Shown piece by piece: positions 23,548 through 38,092 of a DNA stretch of 64,000 nucleotides (the first letter of the stretch is position 1; every line of letters begins with the position of its first letter). The DNA comes from Lingula anatina (lineage: Eukaryota; Animalia; Brachiopoda): assembly GCA_051362555.1 (NCBI GenBank), contig CM120644.1:22528534-22592533 (forward strand), read 5' to 3'. The position numbers were made by a program, and so were the translations under genes. Below the pieces are notes generated by a model. It worked only from the letters and a program-made list of their open reading frames with translations, did not search any database and was not told where the DNA came from.

Positions 23548-25529
23548 GATAAAAAGATATACTGAAAGCTGTCTAAACACATCTCTTAATATAATACAGA
23601 GCTCTCGACACAGACGGTATATTAGCAGTAAAAATGCAGACTTGGAGACATTTTTGTTAATAATAGGCTCTCAGGTACGTTTAGAGTCCTTTGGGTGAAC
23701 ACATTTGTTCTAAATGTCTCTTTGATTAAAAAGACACGTGCTCTTACAATAGTATAACAACTTTTATTACGTGTCTTTTCTAATGTCACTTGAAAGTAGG
23801 GTAATGTCTTCTGTTCACCCAAAAATTCTGATTTTTTTTTTTTTATTTTCACATTTACTGCACTTCTTATTAAAGCAACAATAACCTATTGCAGACAGAG
23901 TTAAATTGTATGTTCATTTTCGTGGGTGAGAAGAGGGAGTTTTTTTAATTATCACAATATATTTTAGCATTATTTTATCAGAGAAAATAGCACCTTTCCA
24001 AACTCTGAGCAGACAGAAACATTTTGTTTCCAGATAGTCTCTAAATTAAATGCGGCATATTTCTACGTAATGGATACAATAGAAAAGGCTAAAGAAAATA
24101 ATTATTTTATCATTTCATTGTTATTATATTTCAAACTCTAACTTTTATCATGAGAGATACAATAACTAAAGACATTGATCAATTTTAGCCCTTTTCTTTT
24201 AAGGCAACACATGGCCGTATAGTTAGAACTGGTGTTGGCTAAAAAAATGACACTTCAAAAATGTTAATGATAGTTTAATGAATAAATAAAATTCAAATTT
24301 CAGTATATGAAAAATAATAATAATAACTATTAAAGTAAGTGAAAATGCAAAAAAAAAAAAAAAAAAACTATATTACGTAATTTCAAATTTGCAAAACAGA
24401 CATAAGTAAATTACAACACAGCAAAGAAAGAGTTAGATAAACGGTAATAGATACTGACCTTCGACTGCAAGATGTTAGTTCAAATTTCAAACTCCTCTTT
24501 CAGTCACTTTGCTTCTTGTCTCGTCTGCACGAAATAAGGGAGGGAGCAGCCGGCGTGAGGGAGCAGCCGGCGGTCAAACCTGTGACGTACGAGACTTATG
24601 ACTTCCAAATATGGAGCTGAGGCGAATACAAATGTGACGTACGAGACTTGTGACTTCCAAATATGGAAGCGCCCCAGCCAAAATTTTTTCGAAGAACGCC
24701 TCCAGGTTGACGCTAGTGGCTAGTGGCAAGACAATTCAAAATCGAGACAGATAAATATGTCTGTCTGCTTGTTTGTCCCTCTGTGAAACCAACACAGTAC
24801 CCAATCAATATATCCAACCTGTCCATGGAGACATGTGCCCCCAGTTAAAACAAATGGAATTTTAATACCGTTTAGCCATACCAATCAACATTAAACACAT
24901 TCAAAGCGTTGTCATTTTTATTCATGTTCCCGGAAATTTCAGAGCAGCTGTCCACTGACCAACTAGCATGGATGAAAGGCGACGAAAATTATAAATGATA
25001 AGTGGTTAGGTTAACCCTTATTTAAACCATGGGCTGCAGTTAGGCGTCATTTTGGACATTTATATTTCTGAAAAGTGCCTGGAAAGCGCAGGTTTAGATA
25101 TTTAAGGGAGCTCTAGGTACATGGATGTTATGGGCTGTTCAGTAGGAGGTGCACGTACGTGGTTATCAAGGGAGTAAAACCCTTTCTCTTATTATTGCTA
25201 TATAATTGTATTATGCAAACTGACGTTTTACTTTCCACGGGTAATTTTGCCAAGCGAGGAAAATTATCAATAAAACAAGACTGTTTTCGTCATCTTGTGA
25301 ATTGAAGTTTCAGGTGCCTTTCATTAATTTATATACTCACAAACTGTTTATATTCTAAAAAAAACTCTTATTTCCAGAGAAATATATCCAGCTTTTATAG
25401 GATCCTTTATATAATTGCATCCATAGTTAAACTTAAACCGTAACTGTCCAAGTGCCAGCATAACTAATGGAATTTTGTTTGTGTTGGATGCAGCATGCAG
25501 TTTCCCATTTTTATTTTCGCATATCGAAA

Positions 25530-27004
25530 TCATGATCTAGAGGCTGGGAAAGTGAGCACGGTTCTAGCACTCAGTTTATTATCCGGCTCAGTAAATAACA
25601 CTCCTCGTGCCACGCCATTCCCCCAAGAACCCTCCTTCACATCAAGATTTATCACAATGGCGCCACCAAAAAAGGTATATGTCTTGCTTTCTAAATGGAT
25701 GAGGAGTTTCGTCCTCCTGAATATATTGTAGCATGGTGAGCGGAAGTGGGTCCTACGTCCGCTCACGTGGTAGCACAAGGTGGTGACGTAATGACCATAA
25801 AATATTCTTGCGCCTTTCGGAAGTATGCTTCTGAAAGTGCCATTTGCTTGGATATCTTCATTGACTGTAACCATCCAACCTGAAAGAAGGATTATATAAT
25901 TACTGAAACTATTGGTAGTGATACACTCCATCCGAACCGAACTGTGATTGTAACTGTTAGTGTCAGATTAACAACGAAAATTGTCTCTTAACGAGGCCGT
26001 CGTAAATTCATCTGTATCATACAGATGTTTGAGCGATATTTGACAGACAAATTTAGTACTTTAAATAAGAACTGAAGGGGTAAGAATAAGTATAAGCTGA
26101 TTTCTCGATCAATAAATTAGTATGTACGTCATTATTATAATAGAATATTAATATAATAATAATATAGAAAGATATTTATATTGTGCTAAATATGCACATA
26201 GATGCACGAATGTTCACAAGATACAATTCAACGTACCGGCGTCATACACAGGGGTATTGAAGAATTGTACTTTTTCTCCTCTACTGGCTGACACAAGCCT
26301 GTACCTGGCGGCGGGGTCCGAGATGAAGGTACTGAAGGTAAAGGCCCCGTCTTCACTAGTCACTGCCTTGGTGCCATCTATGTACGCTTCGTCCGGTATC
26401 CCGGTGAAATCAATGCCGTATTTGTTCTAAGAGTATAATGGAATACAGTAACATTGCAGAAAAGCATACGTTTACAATTTCTACACATTGAATATTCGTA
26501 TATATGTGAATTAAATAATATTACAAGAACTGAAATTACAAAAGATTTTCGAAAAAAGAGAGAGAGAAAGAGAGCCAATTTTCACCTTCAGCCAAGCGGC
26601 GCCTCTTTTTCCCTCCCCTATGGCGTCTGTCTCAGAGCGACCAGCCACTTGGTGATGATACAAAATATTGCTGCGGGATCCCCGGATATTTGCTAAATTA
26701 GCAGACCCGTCCATGATAAATGTTAGGACATAGTTGTAGCATGGCGTCTCTGGTTTCTGACACGTGTCCGGGCGTCTGCGCCAGGGGACATGATTGTAGG
26801 AGTACATGTGTGGTTTTGGATAATAGTTTCCAGTGCTGTCCACACCGGGTCTGGCCATGGAGGCCACTAAGATGAAGGTCAAGGCGGAGAGGAGTTTCCT
26901 ATTTTGAAGATAGCTGCAGGGAATTAGGTTATGTTATGATTATGTTAATAGGCACACACAAACACACACACAAATTCACATACACATACACTCACACAGA
27001 AAAA

Positions 27005-27081
<77 letters not shown>

Positions 27082-27182
27082 GGGTACAGAGATAAATGAT
27101 GTGGCAGACAAAGGATTTAACCCAAAGGTAAACAAATGATATGCAGAACGCCTGCAACCACTCACCTGACTGAAATCTCCAT
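25530..27182 (-). CDS. Uncharacterised secreted protein, array copy A3, 289 aa; exons 27166-27182, 26586-26898, 26237-26426, 25530-25879
   Basis: Highly similar to A2 including introns and flanks; open frame. Confidence 0.85.
27012..27078. repeat. (TA)n microsatellite in intron 1 of A3
   Basis: Direct reading. Confidence 0.95.
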
Positions 27183-28217
27183 GATATAAAGTTATACTGA
27201 TAGTTGTCTAAGCACAACTCGTTATATAATACAGAGCCCTCGACGCAGACGGTATATTAGCAGTAAAATGCAGACTTGGAAATAGTTCATAATGTTCATA
27301 ATGGGCTCTTAGGTACCTTTAGAGTTCTTTGGGTGAACACATTTGTTCTAAATGTCTCTTTGATTAAAAAGACACGTGTTCTTATAATAGCATAACGACT
27401 TATTACGTGTCTTTTCTATGTCACTTGAAAGTAGGGTAATGTCTTCTTTTCACAAAAAAAAAAAATTGTGATTTTTTTTTTATTTTCACATTTACTTCAC
27501 CTCTTATTAAAACATCAATAACCTATTGCAGACAGAGTTAAATTGTATGTTGATCTTCGTGGGTGAGAAGAGGGAGTTTTTTAATTATCACAATATATTT
27601 TAGCATTATTTTATCAGAGAAAATAGCACCTTTCCAAACTCTGAGCAGAAAGAAACATTATGTTTCCAGATAGTCTCTAAATAAAATGCGACATATTTCT
27701 ACGTTATGGATACAATTGAAAAGGCTAAAGAAAAGAATGATCTTTACATTTCATTGTAAGTATATTTCAAACTCTAACTTTCATCGTGAGAGATACAATA
27801 ACTAAAGACATTGATCAATTTTAGCCCTTTTCTTTTAAGGCAACACATGGTCGTATAGTTAGAACTGGTGTTGGCTAAAAAAATGACACTTCAAAAATGT
27901 TAATGATAGTTTAATGAATAAATAAAATTCAAATTTCAGTTTATGAAAAAAAAAAACTATTAAAGTAAGTGAAAATACAAAAAAAGTATATTACGTAATC
28001 TCAAATTTGCAAAACAGACATAAGTAAATTGCAGCACAGCAAAGAGAGAGTTAGTTAAACGGTAATAGGTACTGACCTTCAATTGCACGATGTTCGTAGT
28101 TCAAATTTTAAACTCCGCTTCAGTAACTTTGCTTCTTGTCTCGTCTGCAAGAAATAACGTCAGCGCAAGGCGGGAAAGGCAGCTCCAGGCGGTCAAACCT
28201 GTGACCTACGAGACTTA

Positions 28218-28952
28218 CACACAATGGACAATAGAAGTGTCACCCCTACTGAACCAATACTATGGGGGAGATAAATGAATGTGGAATGATATGCTCCTGC
28301 TATCATTTACTTACATCAAATTTCACAAAAAATCACAAAATGAGAACAAAGTATACATTCTACCAAAATATGCACTTTCAAGTACAAAATTAGTACTTAG
28401 TGGCATAGCCACGTGACCTAATAATAGGTGCCAGTCTACGAGTCAAGGATTCATATGATTGTCTGATGCGTTCAGGGCTTATGCTGGCCCAAGCATGAAA
28501 CACTGGATATAACAGAGTTTCTCTGCTGGTTAGACGGGCATTTGTCAAAAGTTTTGACATATCATTCCTCACATTTTCTATTATGTTTGCATCCGGACTC
28601 TGGGCAGGCCACATCACCCTGCGAATGTCATGTTGGTCAAACGAATCATCAACTGCTCTGGGCCTGTGACAAGGAGCATTGTCTTCCTGGTGAACAAATG
28701 GATAATTCCTGTCACCAAACATGCTAGTAATAGATGATAGCAAGCCTGACTCCAAAACATCGATATATTTCTAGTGATTCAGGTTTCCATCAACCACTAT
28801 CAATTCGCCCACGCCATGGATGCTGATGCAGCCCCACACCATGATGAATATGCTGCTCCAGGTTCGAAAATTCAGTGCTTTTGTTTCAAATGCTTTACCA
28901 GCAGTAGTACCCGTCTGTCATCAGAGGTCAGACCAAAGCGACACTCATCAGA

Positions 28953-29031
<79 letters not shown>

Positions 29032-29656
29032 ACCAATTGTCATGGACTGTCCAGTTCCAGATCCTGTTGACCCTAGTTCACTCTACGTTGCCTGTTTTGT
29101 AACGATATAAGAGGTTTCAGTCTTGCTACTGCTGTACACTCTATGAGCATGTAACCGACGCCTAGCAATTTTCACAGACACATTTTTATGTGTGAAATTG
29201 TTCCACTGTGTTGTCAACTGACAAGCAGTGTCGAACTTTGACAACCTGGACATCAAAATCAGTCGTCGGTCTTCACGGCCAGTAGTTTTTCTTGGACGAC
29301 CCATCAGAGGCAATTTGTCTCTTGATCCAGTGTTTCTATACCAAGACCAGACCCTCTGCACGGTTCTGACTGAACAATTCAACTGTATCGATATTCTGAC
29401 ATTGCTTATTTTCCGCCTCTTCAGGTTAATAACTTGCACCTATAACCGTTAGATAATTGCCTGTATCTTGCCATATTGGAGGAAGACAGGAATAACATTT
29501 GCTGTACATGTACAAGACCAACAATACAATTCCATGGTATAGCGGTTTTATACTCATTAGTCACATTATAAGTAGACCAGGCATTATAACTACCCAAGAT
29601 CTGCCTACTTTTATTACTCTGAGTTAGGGGGTGACACTTCTATTGTCCAGTGTGTG
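28218..29656 (-). mobile_element. Tc1 DNA transposon (DD34E), full length with an inactivated transposase
   Basis: TIRs CACACAATGGACAATAGAAGTGTCACCCC / GGGGTGACACTTCTATTGTCCAGTGTGTG with TA on both sides; empty site in the paralogous block (GAGACTTA|TGACTTCC, about 24598). Transposase fragments: HTH..GRPRKTTGREDR, FSDECRF, QEDNAPCH..WPAQSPDANIIE (34 residues between D and E). It carries frameshifts and a (TA)n expansion at 28960-29028. Confidence 0.93.
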
Positions 29657-30610
29657 TACGACTTCCAAATATGGAGCTCAGGCGAATACAAATGTGACGC
29701 ACGAGACTTCCAAATATGGAAGCGCCCCAAGCAAATTTTTTTCGAAGAACGCCTCCAGGTTGACGCTAGTGGCTAGTGGCAAGACAATTCAAAATCGAGA
29801 CAGATAAATATGTCTGTCTGTCTGTGTGTCTTTCTGCTTGTTTGTCCCTCTGTGAAACCAACACAGCACCCAATCAGTATATCCAACCTCCGCATGTACC
29901 CCCAGTTAAAACAAATTGAATTTTAATACCATTTAACCATACCAATCAACATTAAAGACATACAAAGCGTTGTAATTTTTATTCACGTTCCCGGAAATTT
30001 CAGAGCAGCTGTCCACTGACCACCTAGCATGGAGGAAAGGCGATAAATGATTAATGATAAATGGTTATGTAAACACATATTTAAACCATTGGTTGCAGTT
30101 AGGCAGCATTTGGACATTTATATTTCTGAAAAGTGCCTGGAAAGCGCAGGTTTAGATATTTAAGGGAGCTCTAGGTACATGGATGTTATGGGCTGTTCAG
30201 TAGGAGGTGCACGTACGTGGTTATCAAGGAAGTAAAACCCTTTCTCTTAATATTGCTAATATAATTGTAGTATCCAACAAACTGACGCTTTACCTTCCGC
30301 AGGTAATTTTGCCAAGCGAGGAAAATAATCTATAAAACAGGACTGTGTGCTTCATTTTGTGAATTGACGCCACAGGTGCTTTTGATTGATTTATGTACTC
30401 ACAAAACGTTTATATTCTTAAATAACTCTCATTTCCAGAGAAGTATATCCAGCTTTAATAAGATCCTTTGACACTGCTTCCAAAGTTTAACTAAAACTGT
30501 AGCTGTTCATGTACCAGTATAACTAACTATGGAATTTCGTTTGTGTTGGATGCACCAAGCAGTTTCTCATTGTTCCAATTGTTTCCCATTTTTCTTCGCG
30601 TATATAGAAA

Positions 30611-31316
30611 TCATGATCTAGAGGATGGAAAAATGAGCACGGTTCTAGCACTCAGTTTATTATCCGGCTCAGTAAATAACACTCCTCGTGCCACGCCATT
30701 CCCCCAAGAACCCTCCTTCACATCAAGATTTATCACAGTGGTGCCACCAAGAGAGGTATATGTCTTGCTTTCAAAATGGATGATGAGATTGGTCTTACGA
30801 AATATATTGTAGCATGGAGAGCGGAAGTGGGCTTGTCGTCTTGTCACGTGATCGCACAACGGGATGACGTAATCACAAAAGAATATTATTGCGCCTTTAG
30901 GGAGGAGACTGTTGAACGTGCCATTTGCTTGGAATTGTTCATTAACTGTAACCATCCAACCTGAAGACATGAAAACACCCTTTTTTGAGGCGAAATTTTA
31001 ATAAACATGCCAGTGTCAAATGCATTTAAAGATTGGCTTCTGGAGTATGATCGAAGCCGTCTTATCTAGGCCTGTATCATGCGAACAATTAATTAATTAT
31101 TGCGTCATTAAAAACAGCCCGGCAGAAGATACTTAAATCTGAATTCTTACATATCTATACAGAACATTAAGAAGAATTATCATCATCATCATCATACGAA
31201 TTTATTTTATACTGGCCGGGATTAATCCTCAACAGAGGGTGGGGCCAATCTTACACGCAGTCTTCCTCTCCAACTTGATCTATCCTGAGGGTCCTAACCA
31301 ACTAGACCCCCCCCCC

Positions 31317-31347
<31 letters not shown>

Positions 31348-31752
31348 AAATTCAACATACCTGAGTCAGACAAGGGTAGATTGAAAAATTCGGCAGTTTC
31401 TCCCCTACTGGCTGTCACAAGCCTGTACCTGGCGGCATGTGGAAGAAGGAGTGTGCTGAATGTAAAGGCGCCATTTTCAATGGTCACTGCCTTGGTGCCA
31501 TCTATGTACGCTTCGTCCGGTATCCCAGTGAAATCGATGCCGTATTTTTTCTTAAAATATAGACAAGTATAGTAATATTCAGAGGAATCATAAATTAACA
31601 GCACCTTCATTTATACGTTAACTAGTAGTACTATATATGTATGTGCCACGAGCAAGATTGACTTTCAGGCAGATTTAAAACCTTTTTAAAAACTAAAATG
31701 TCAAAACACATACAGGATTGTCATACAGACCCTAGAAAAACATCTTAGAGGC

Positions 31753-31783
<31 letters not shown>

Positions 31784-32089
31784 GCTTTTTATTTCCCCAT
31801 ATGCAAGCTAGCAATAAAATAGCTGTATGTTCTTAGAAGAATTATAGAATCTAATCTGTGACTAAAATGGCTATATTAGAGATGTGATTAATATAATCAT
31901 TATCTGAAATTGTCTGCAAATTTCGATTCCAATCTAACCTGGGCAAATTTTAAACTGTCGGGATTTCCATCTTGTGTGTGATGTAAACATGTATAATCCG
32001 TACAAAGACAATCCAATAATGCTCAAATATGTCTAATTACGATGAACTGAAATGTCCATATATCTTCGGAATGAGGATTTGGTCAATAT

Positions 32090-32144
<55 letters not shown>

Positions 32145-32562
32145 GGTGGGTGGTAAAAAAGCAAAATTTTACCTTCAGCCATGCGGTTCCTCTCTTTCCC
32201 TCCTCTATGGCGTCTGTCTCAGAGCGACTAGCCAATCGGTGATGTGCCAAAATATTGCTGCGGGATCCTCCGGCGTCTGTTAAGTTAGCATACCCGTCCA
32301 TGACAAATGTTAGAACATAGTTGTAGCACGGCGTTTCTGGTTTCTGACACGTGGTCGGGTGATTAAACCAAGGCCCGTACTTGTAGAATTGCATATTTAC
32401 CCCGGGGTTGTAAAGGCCGTAGCTGTTCACGCCTGGACCATACGTTACAGCCACGTACACAGCAACCAAAGAGAGAATCATTGTTCTCCTGAAATAATGT
32501 ATTGGTGTTTATGAAACTGACACAATGACGCATGAACGTATGAATAAAATGCTGTATCATTT

Positions 32563-32612
<50 letters not shown>

Positions 32613-32741
32613 ATATCTGCATTAATGCAAAACACACCAACTTTAAAAAATAAAATAATCTATTCTACTGCTTTTAAATATTCTGAAAAGGCGTTCAAAC
32701 ATGATAGAGAAAGCAACCACTAACCTTGCATAAAACCCCAT
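30611..32741 (-). CDS. Uncharacterised secreted protein, array copy A4, 290 aa; exons 32725-32741, 32173-32488, 31361-31550, 30611-30960
   Basis: ATGGGGTTTTATGCAAG|GTTAGT exon 1; RTMILSLVAVYVAVTYG leader; TCQKPETPCYNYVLT; KKYGIDFTG; ..SARTVLIFPSSRS*. Confidence 0.82.
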
Positions 32742-33465
32742 TGCATATCTGGACGGTACAGAAGCAGTTGAACACCAATTAATGTACCTTGCTGACTTTG
32801 TACGTCCGTTTTATCAGGGCACTGTAGTCATGCAATTATGATTAAGTTTGCATTAAGGGCAGACACATAGGTAATTATATTGGCTTTTGGAGGAAAACTA
32901 GTTTTATTGATGTCCGTTTTATTGTAATATGTCGCGCACATCTCCTTGGCTGACTATGTACAGTTCTAGACTATAGTGAGTGAAAAGTACATTTTTACTC
33001 TTTTGCCTGGGCAACTGAACATTTGGCTCGAATTATTTTCTTGTACGTTGTAAATCAATGCTCTTTTAATTTAAACGGTACATTGTTCTTAAGATTTGTA
33101 TGAATGTAAACATTGAGAATATCGGAGAAATAAAACAGAGTATTGAAATATACCCATAAATTGATCTACGGAAGTGGCCAGTCTCTTGAAGGATAGAATG
33201 ACTCACGAAAATATCTTGCAGGAATGTCAAGTTAATCAACTTTTTTATTCATTTTGTCTAATCGCCAAATTACTGTATCAGTCAGCAGTTGCCTTGAGAG
33301 TCATATATCCGTAGTTATGGAGAAATGAACTCACGGAGACTCATCATTGGCTTTTGTCTTTATACGCAATGGATGTATGAGTCAATTTTACAAGCATTTT
33401 TGTTAAAGTTCTTCCGATTTCAAAATGTCAAAAATCAAGTGCGAGGTGTTATAAAAACACCTCAC

Positions 33466-36281
33466 CTATGGTTTTGACGCGGGAAAAGTGAACACGCTGC
33501 GACCACAGTATTTATTACCTTCTACAAACAAGGAGCCACGTGCTGAGCCGACCCCCCACGACGTTTCATTGACGACATTGTTAATAACGCTGACGCCGTC
33601 GACACTTGAACAGTATTTGCCACTTTCGTAGTGGATCTTGAGAGTTTTCTGGTTGAAGATATTTCGGCATGAATAATAGTTGTTTTTATTCATTCTGCTG
33701 TTACTCTTCACCCCCGTGCGGTCACAAATGGGGGTGACGAAATCACCGTAGAAGATCATAGCACCCCGAGGCAGCGTCTTGTTAAAGGTACCGCCAGCAG
33801 AGATGGCTTCGTTTACCATGACCATCCAACCTGAAGAATTGGTTGCTATATATATATACTTTACGTTATTAAGGATTATTCCAATGAATAGTACATGATC
33901 TGCGGTACATTACAGTGTCTCGATTGAAATGATAACAGAATATCTCCGCGGGAATATTTAGGCATGCTATTTTCTCATTTTACATATTTTCTCATCCGTG
34001 AGTTAATCATGATGATAAGTATCTGTGTATGTATGTTTACACGCACAAACACTGACACACACACATACATATTTGTGTGTATGTGAGTGCGTATGTGTGT
34101 GTTTGTGTGTGTGTTTCTGCATGCTGCTTTGCCTGTTTGTTAGTGCATTTGTGAATTTGTTTGCGGGCATATATGGACTGGTGTATATGTGTGTCAATTT
34201 ACGTATGTGTGTGTGCTTGTGTAGTAGTAGAACATATAGTTGTACAAGTAGTATAGGTGTGGTTTACAGACAACAAACAGCAACATATGATGCACATGGT
34301 CAATAACGGGATTCAAAAATAACTGCACCTGCTTCAGAAATCGGGGCGTTAAAGAATTCCACCTTGTGTCCCTTGCTGGCCGACACAAACCGGTTCCTGG
34401 TAGCAGAGTCCACTATGAAGGCTCTGAAGGTTAGTGTGACGTCATCGCTTGTTACCGCCTTGGTGCCATCTAAGTAGACGTCATCCTCTACACCGGTGAA
34501 GTCAATGCCGTATTTTGTCTGAAAGAAGAGCAGCGGAAGTTGACACACGTCTGGGTGGGTTGAAAAACATTGAAATGTGTTAATTTGAAATAAGGCGTGA
34601 GATTATGTAGACAGTGTTAACTTACCACATTCCATATTTTTTCAGATTTCTTTCTCGGTGAACTCTCATTCTTGGGTGATATTTAAAACACGGGAGCTCA
34701 CTCAGCTAGTTTTCTACTAGCATTTGACAGCCATCTTAATTTCTTTTAATGTTTTCTGTTACCTACACACTATCTAATCATCATTAAACGCGGATTATAG
34801 CCAAAAGTTTACGCACTCCTTCAAAGATGTTTTAATGGTCGGAAACCATGAAGATGTATTCAGAAAAGGATCAATTTAGGACGACAATCAGGAGAATTCT
34901 TGTCGCCGTTTGGAAAAATAACAGTAAGGTACCATATCAACGCAAACGATTGAAACCTTGATTAAGCAACCTGATCGTCAGACAACATCACTCGGTTCTG
35001 ATTTCAGTCAGCAAATAAAAGAACACGAAATGAATGCACTCTACCTTCAGCCATGCGGTCGCCATTTTCCCCTCTTGAATGGCGTCCGCCTCACTTCTCC
35101 CTGCCAGTTGGTGATGAGCCAAAATCTTGCTGCGGTTGTTGCCAAGGAAATCATCGCTGCTTCCGTCCATAAGGAAAGTCAGGGCATAGTCGTAGCAGGG
35201 CGTGGCTTTCCTAGCGCAGGTGTCATGGCGGCTTTTGTAATAGTAATATTGCCCAGCGTTTGCCAGTCCTATCTGGCCGAGAAAAGACACCAAGAACCAC
35301 ACCCGGGTGCTGCAGAGAAGCACAAGATAACACTTTGGAATAATAGCAATATGCTCTAACTGGTACAGCGAGATGAAGGCTCTAGTGGTTTAAAAAATCC
35401 CTTTTCTATCTCTATTTAAATTTAAAGGCCGATGCACACCGTGAACTGTCATGCTGAGCTTTAAGAATTATTTTCCCGTCTAATCACCTTGACCCAATTC
35501 CATCAACACTGAATAGCGCTATCCTCTGGACGACACTGTCCGTTGGATGGAATTGTTATCCTCTAAGAAATTTATTCTGGGGTATATGTGGGTTAAGTAA
35601 TGTTGACTAACCAGTATATACTTATTTGTGTCTATGATTTTGCTTTAGAGTGGTTAAAAGGGCTGCTATCCCCAAAATAAATGTCTAGAGAATAACAATT
35701 TCATCCAAAGTATTGATAAAACTGGGCTCGGGGCGCAAACACAATACAAGGCTTTGATAAACAAACGCCAAGTAATAACGACTGCGACTAGGCCAGTGTC
35801 ACGGCAAGTTACAACCTCCCTGAATGGTGGGAAAAAAGCATTGTAACACATTACATCATACAGTGGAAACAGCTTATACGTAATTCAAGTGAGGGCGGAT
35901 AGAACTGGACGCGGTCGAGGGCAGTGTGTTCGTAAATATGAAGAAAATAATTGAAAAGTTAACATTTTTCGAAAATTATCCACATGTACTACAGTTAAAT
36001 CTTAGCGATTATCCAGCGTTTCCAACCTTTTTTCTTTAATCGTCGGTATCGTGTTTTCCATTGGGGTATCATGGCTACAACATGTTTTCCCTTTTAAATG
36101 AAATTTAAAGATTACAGTTTGGTTTGTTTTAGTTTTGGTCATTTTCGCCTCATAAAACTGCATTTAAAAAAACACGATTAAAAGTATTCCAAATTAAGCA
36201 AAACTTATTAATGAATTATTCTTTAAGCCCGTATTTTTTTATAATCCCTTGCAGCAGAGCTTACCTTAGAGCAGCGTCCAT
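33466..36281 (-). CDS. Uncharacterised secreted protein, array copy B1, 278 aa; exons 36265-36281, 35045-35309, 34329-34518, 33466-33830
   Basis: ATGGACGCTGCTCTAAG|GTAAGC; MDAALSTRVWFLVSFLGQIGLANA leader; DTCARKATPCYDYALT; TKYGIDFTG; ..GRSVFTFPASKP*. Confidence 0.83.
35490..35730. mobile_element. MITE in intron 1 of B1 (same insertion as 46196-46422)
   Basis: Degenerate version of the TIR GGGCCCAGTTTCATCAACACT. Confidence 0.5.
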
Positions 36282-36864
36282 GTCGTGAAGGTGAAGTGTT
36301 TATACGATACTTTAACAACATTGCATCAAAAGTGACATTTATAGACATTTGTACGCGCTGTTATATTACTTGATCAGGAACCGTATCGACGTACTTTTCC
36401 ACTAGCAGCATGTCTGGCAAACTGTCAAAGCAGATGTTGGTCAACACTTCTGGCGCCTTTCAAAGCATTACACAAGCACTGAGAATAAAATTGAAGTCAT
36501 TTGACTCTCTAGTCAGAGTCCAGCACCCCTTGACCCTCATGGAGTTAATTTGACTCCTATATAATGGTCAAATAACCCCACTACCAGAGTCTTTAGTCTC
36601 TCTTATCAGTCAATCACCCCCTGGCTCTCATGGAGTCAATCTGACTCTAAAATCAGAGTCAGACGGCGTTGAGAGAACAATTTTCATCATCCTTTGTCAG
36701 TAGCAACATGACTTTATTAGCCATAGTTGGTTTTATGCATGAACGAGTGGTTTTCTGTGTGTTTCTGCCTACAGAACTCGTGCACTTATTACTGGCCCGG
36801 GCTTTCAGTTGCCCACACCCTTTATGTGATATGTTGGTATACAGGTCAGCAGGTTTTGTGTCCA

Positions 36865-36917
<53 letters not shown>

Positions 36918-36934
36918 ACCCGCCCATGCATGTC

Positions 36935-38050
36935 ACCATACGTTACAGCCACATGCATTGTATTTATACTTTACCGCTTGGTGCAATCCTTCGTTTTCAT
37001 GAGATTGGTTATCACATTTATGCTGATGACACTCAGCTTTACACATCCTGCAATATTAGAAACCCTGAATCATCAATTACTAAAATAGCCAACTGTATTT
37101 CTGATATAAGGGGGTGGATGATCAGAAACAAACTCAAGATCAACGACGAGAAAACTGAATTCCTAGTAATATCTCAACCACACAATAAGAACATTGCCCG
37201 CAGTCTTAGCATGTCAATAGGTGCCAGCGTGGTACAAGTCTCATCTCACGCCAAAAATCTGGGAGTTTATTTTGACAGTACATTGTCCATGAACAGAAAA
37301 ATTTCTAACGTATCCAAAACATGTATGTTCAATATTAGAAACATTGGTTCCTTACGAAAACATTTAACCGACTCTTCTACAGCAACAGTTATACATGCCC
37401 TGGTTACATCGAGACTTGATTTCTGCAACTCCCTTCTTTATGGATCTTCGGAGGAACAAATCAAACGGCTACAGCGTGTACAGAATATATCTGCTCGCCT
37501 ACTGACCCGCACTCCAAAAGACAACCACATTACTCCCGTTTTAATGATGTTGCACTGGCTCCCTGTCCGAGCACGCATTTTATTCAAACTTTTAACATTT
37601 GCACATGCAGCATTTTATAAACTTGCACCTTCTTATTTAAATGAGCTTGTTTCACACTACGTGCCATCAAGAAATCTCAGATCAGGTGATCACCTTCTTC
37701 TTAAGGTTTATAAGGCAAGATTAGTATCATACGGTGATAAAGCTTTTAAATTTGCAGCACCAAAAGAATGGAATATTTTACCCATCAGTCTTAGACAAAT
37801 TGTGGACCCTGGACATTTTAAAAAGGAACTAAAAACCCACCTTTTTAAACAATATTATCTTTAAATTCTTTAAAAAAAAAACACTTCTTAAGAAAAACTG
37901 TTCTTAGTCATAGTTTTAAATTTCCCCTTTTTTATCCATTTTATATATCTTTTCATCTTATAACCATTAGCAATATTTTTCTTTTAATTTGAATTTTATA
38001 ATTTTTGTAAAGTCTACTGAATACATGTTGGATATTAGACTATAAATAAA

Positions 38051-38092
<42 letters not shown>

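Noticed and set aside
35431-35455. ATGACAGTTCACG|GTGTGC as exon 1 of the B genes
   Set aside because: It has the wrong phase for exon 2 and is deleted in B3; the 17-nt exon at 36265-36281 fits all B copies.
36479-36680. TGACTCT/AGAGTC-rich segment, possibly a MITE
   Set aside because: It is absent from the paralogous flanks, so it is probably inserted, but I could not define its ends or a family.
36926-36960. ATG start of the 312-aa RT ORF as a real gene start
   Set aside because: The N-terminus comes from the antisense array exon flanking the insertion; the LINE is 5'-truncated.
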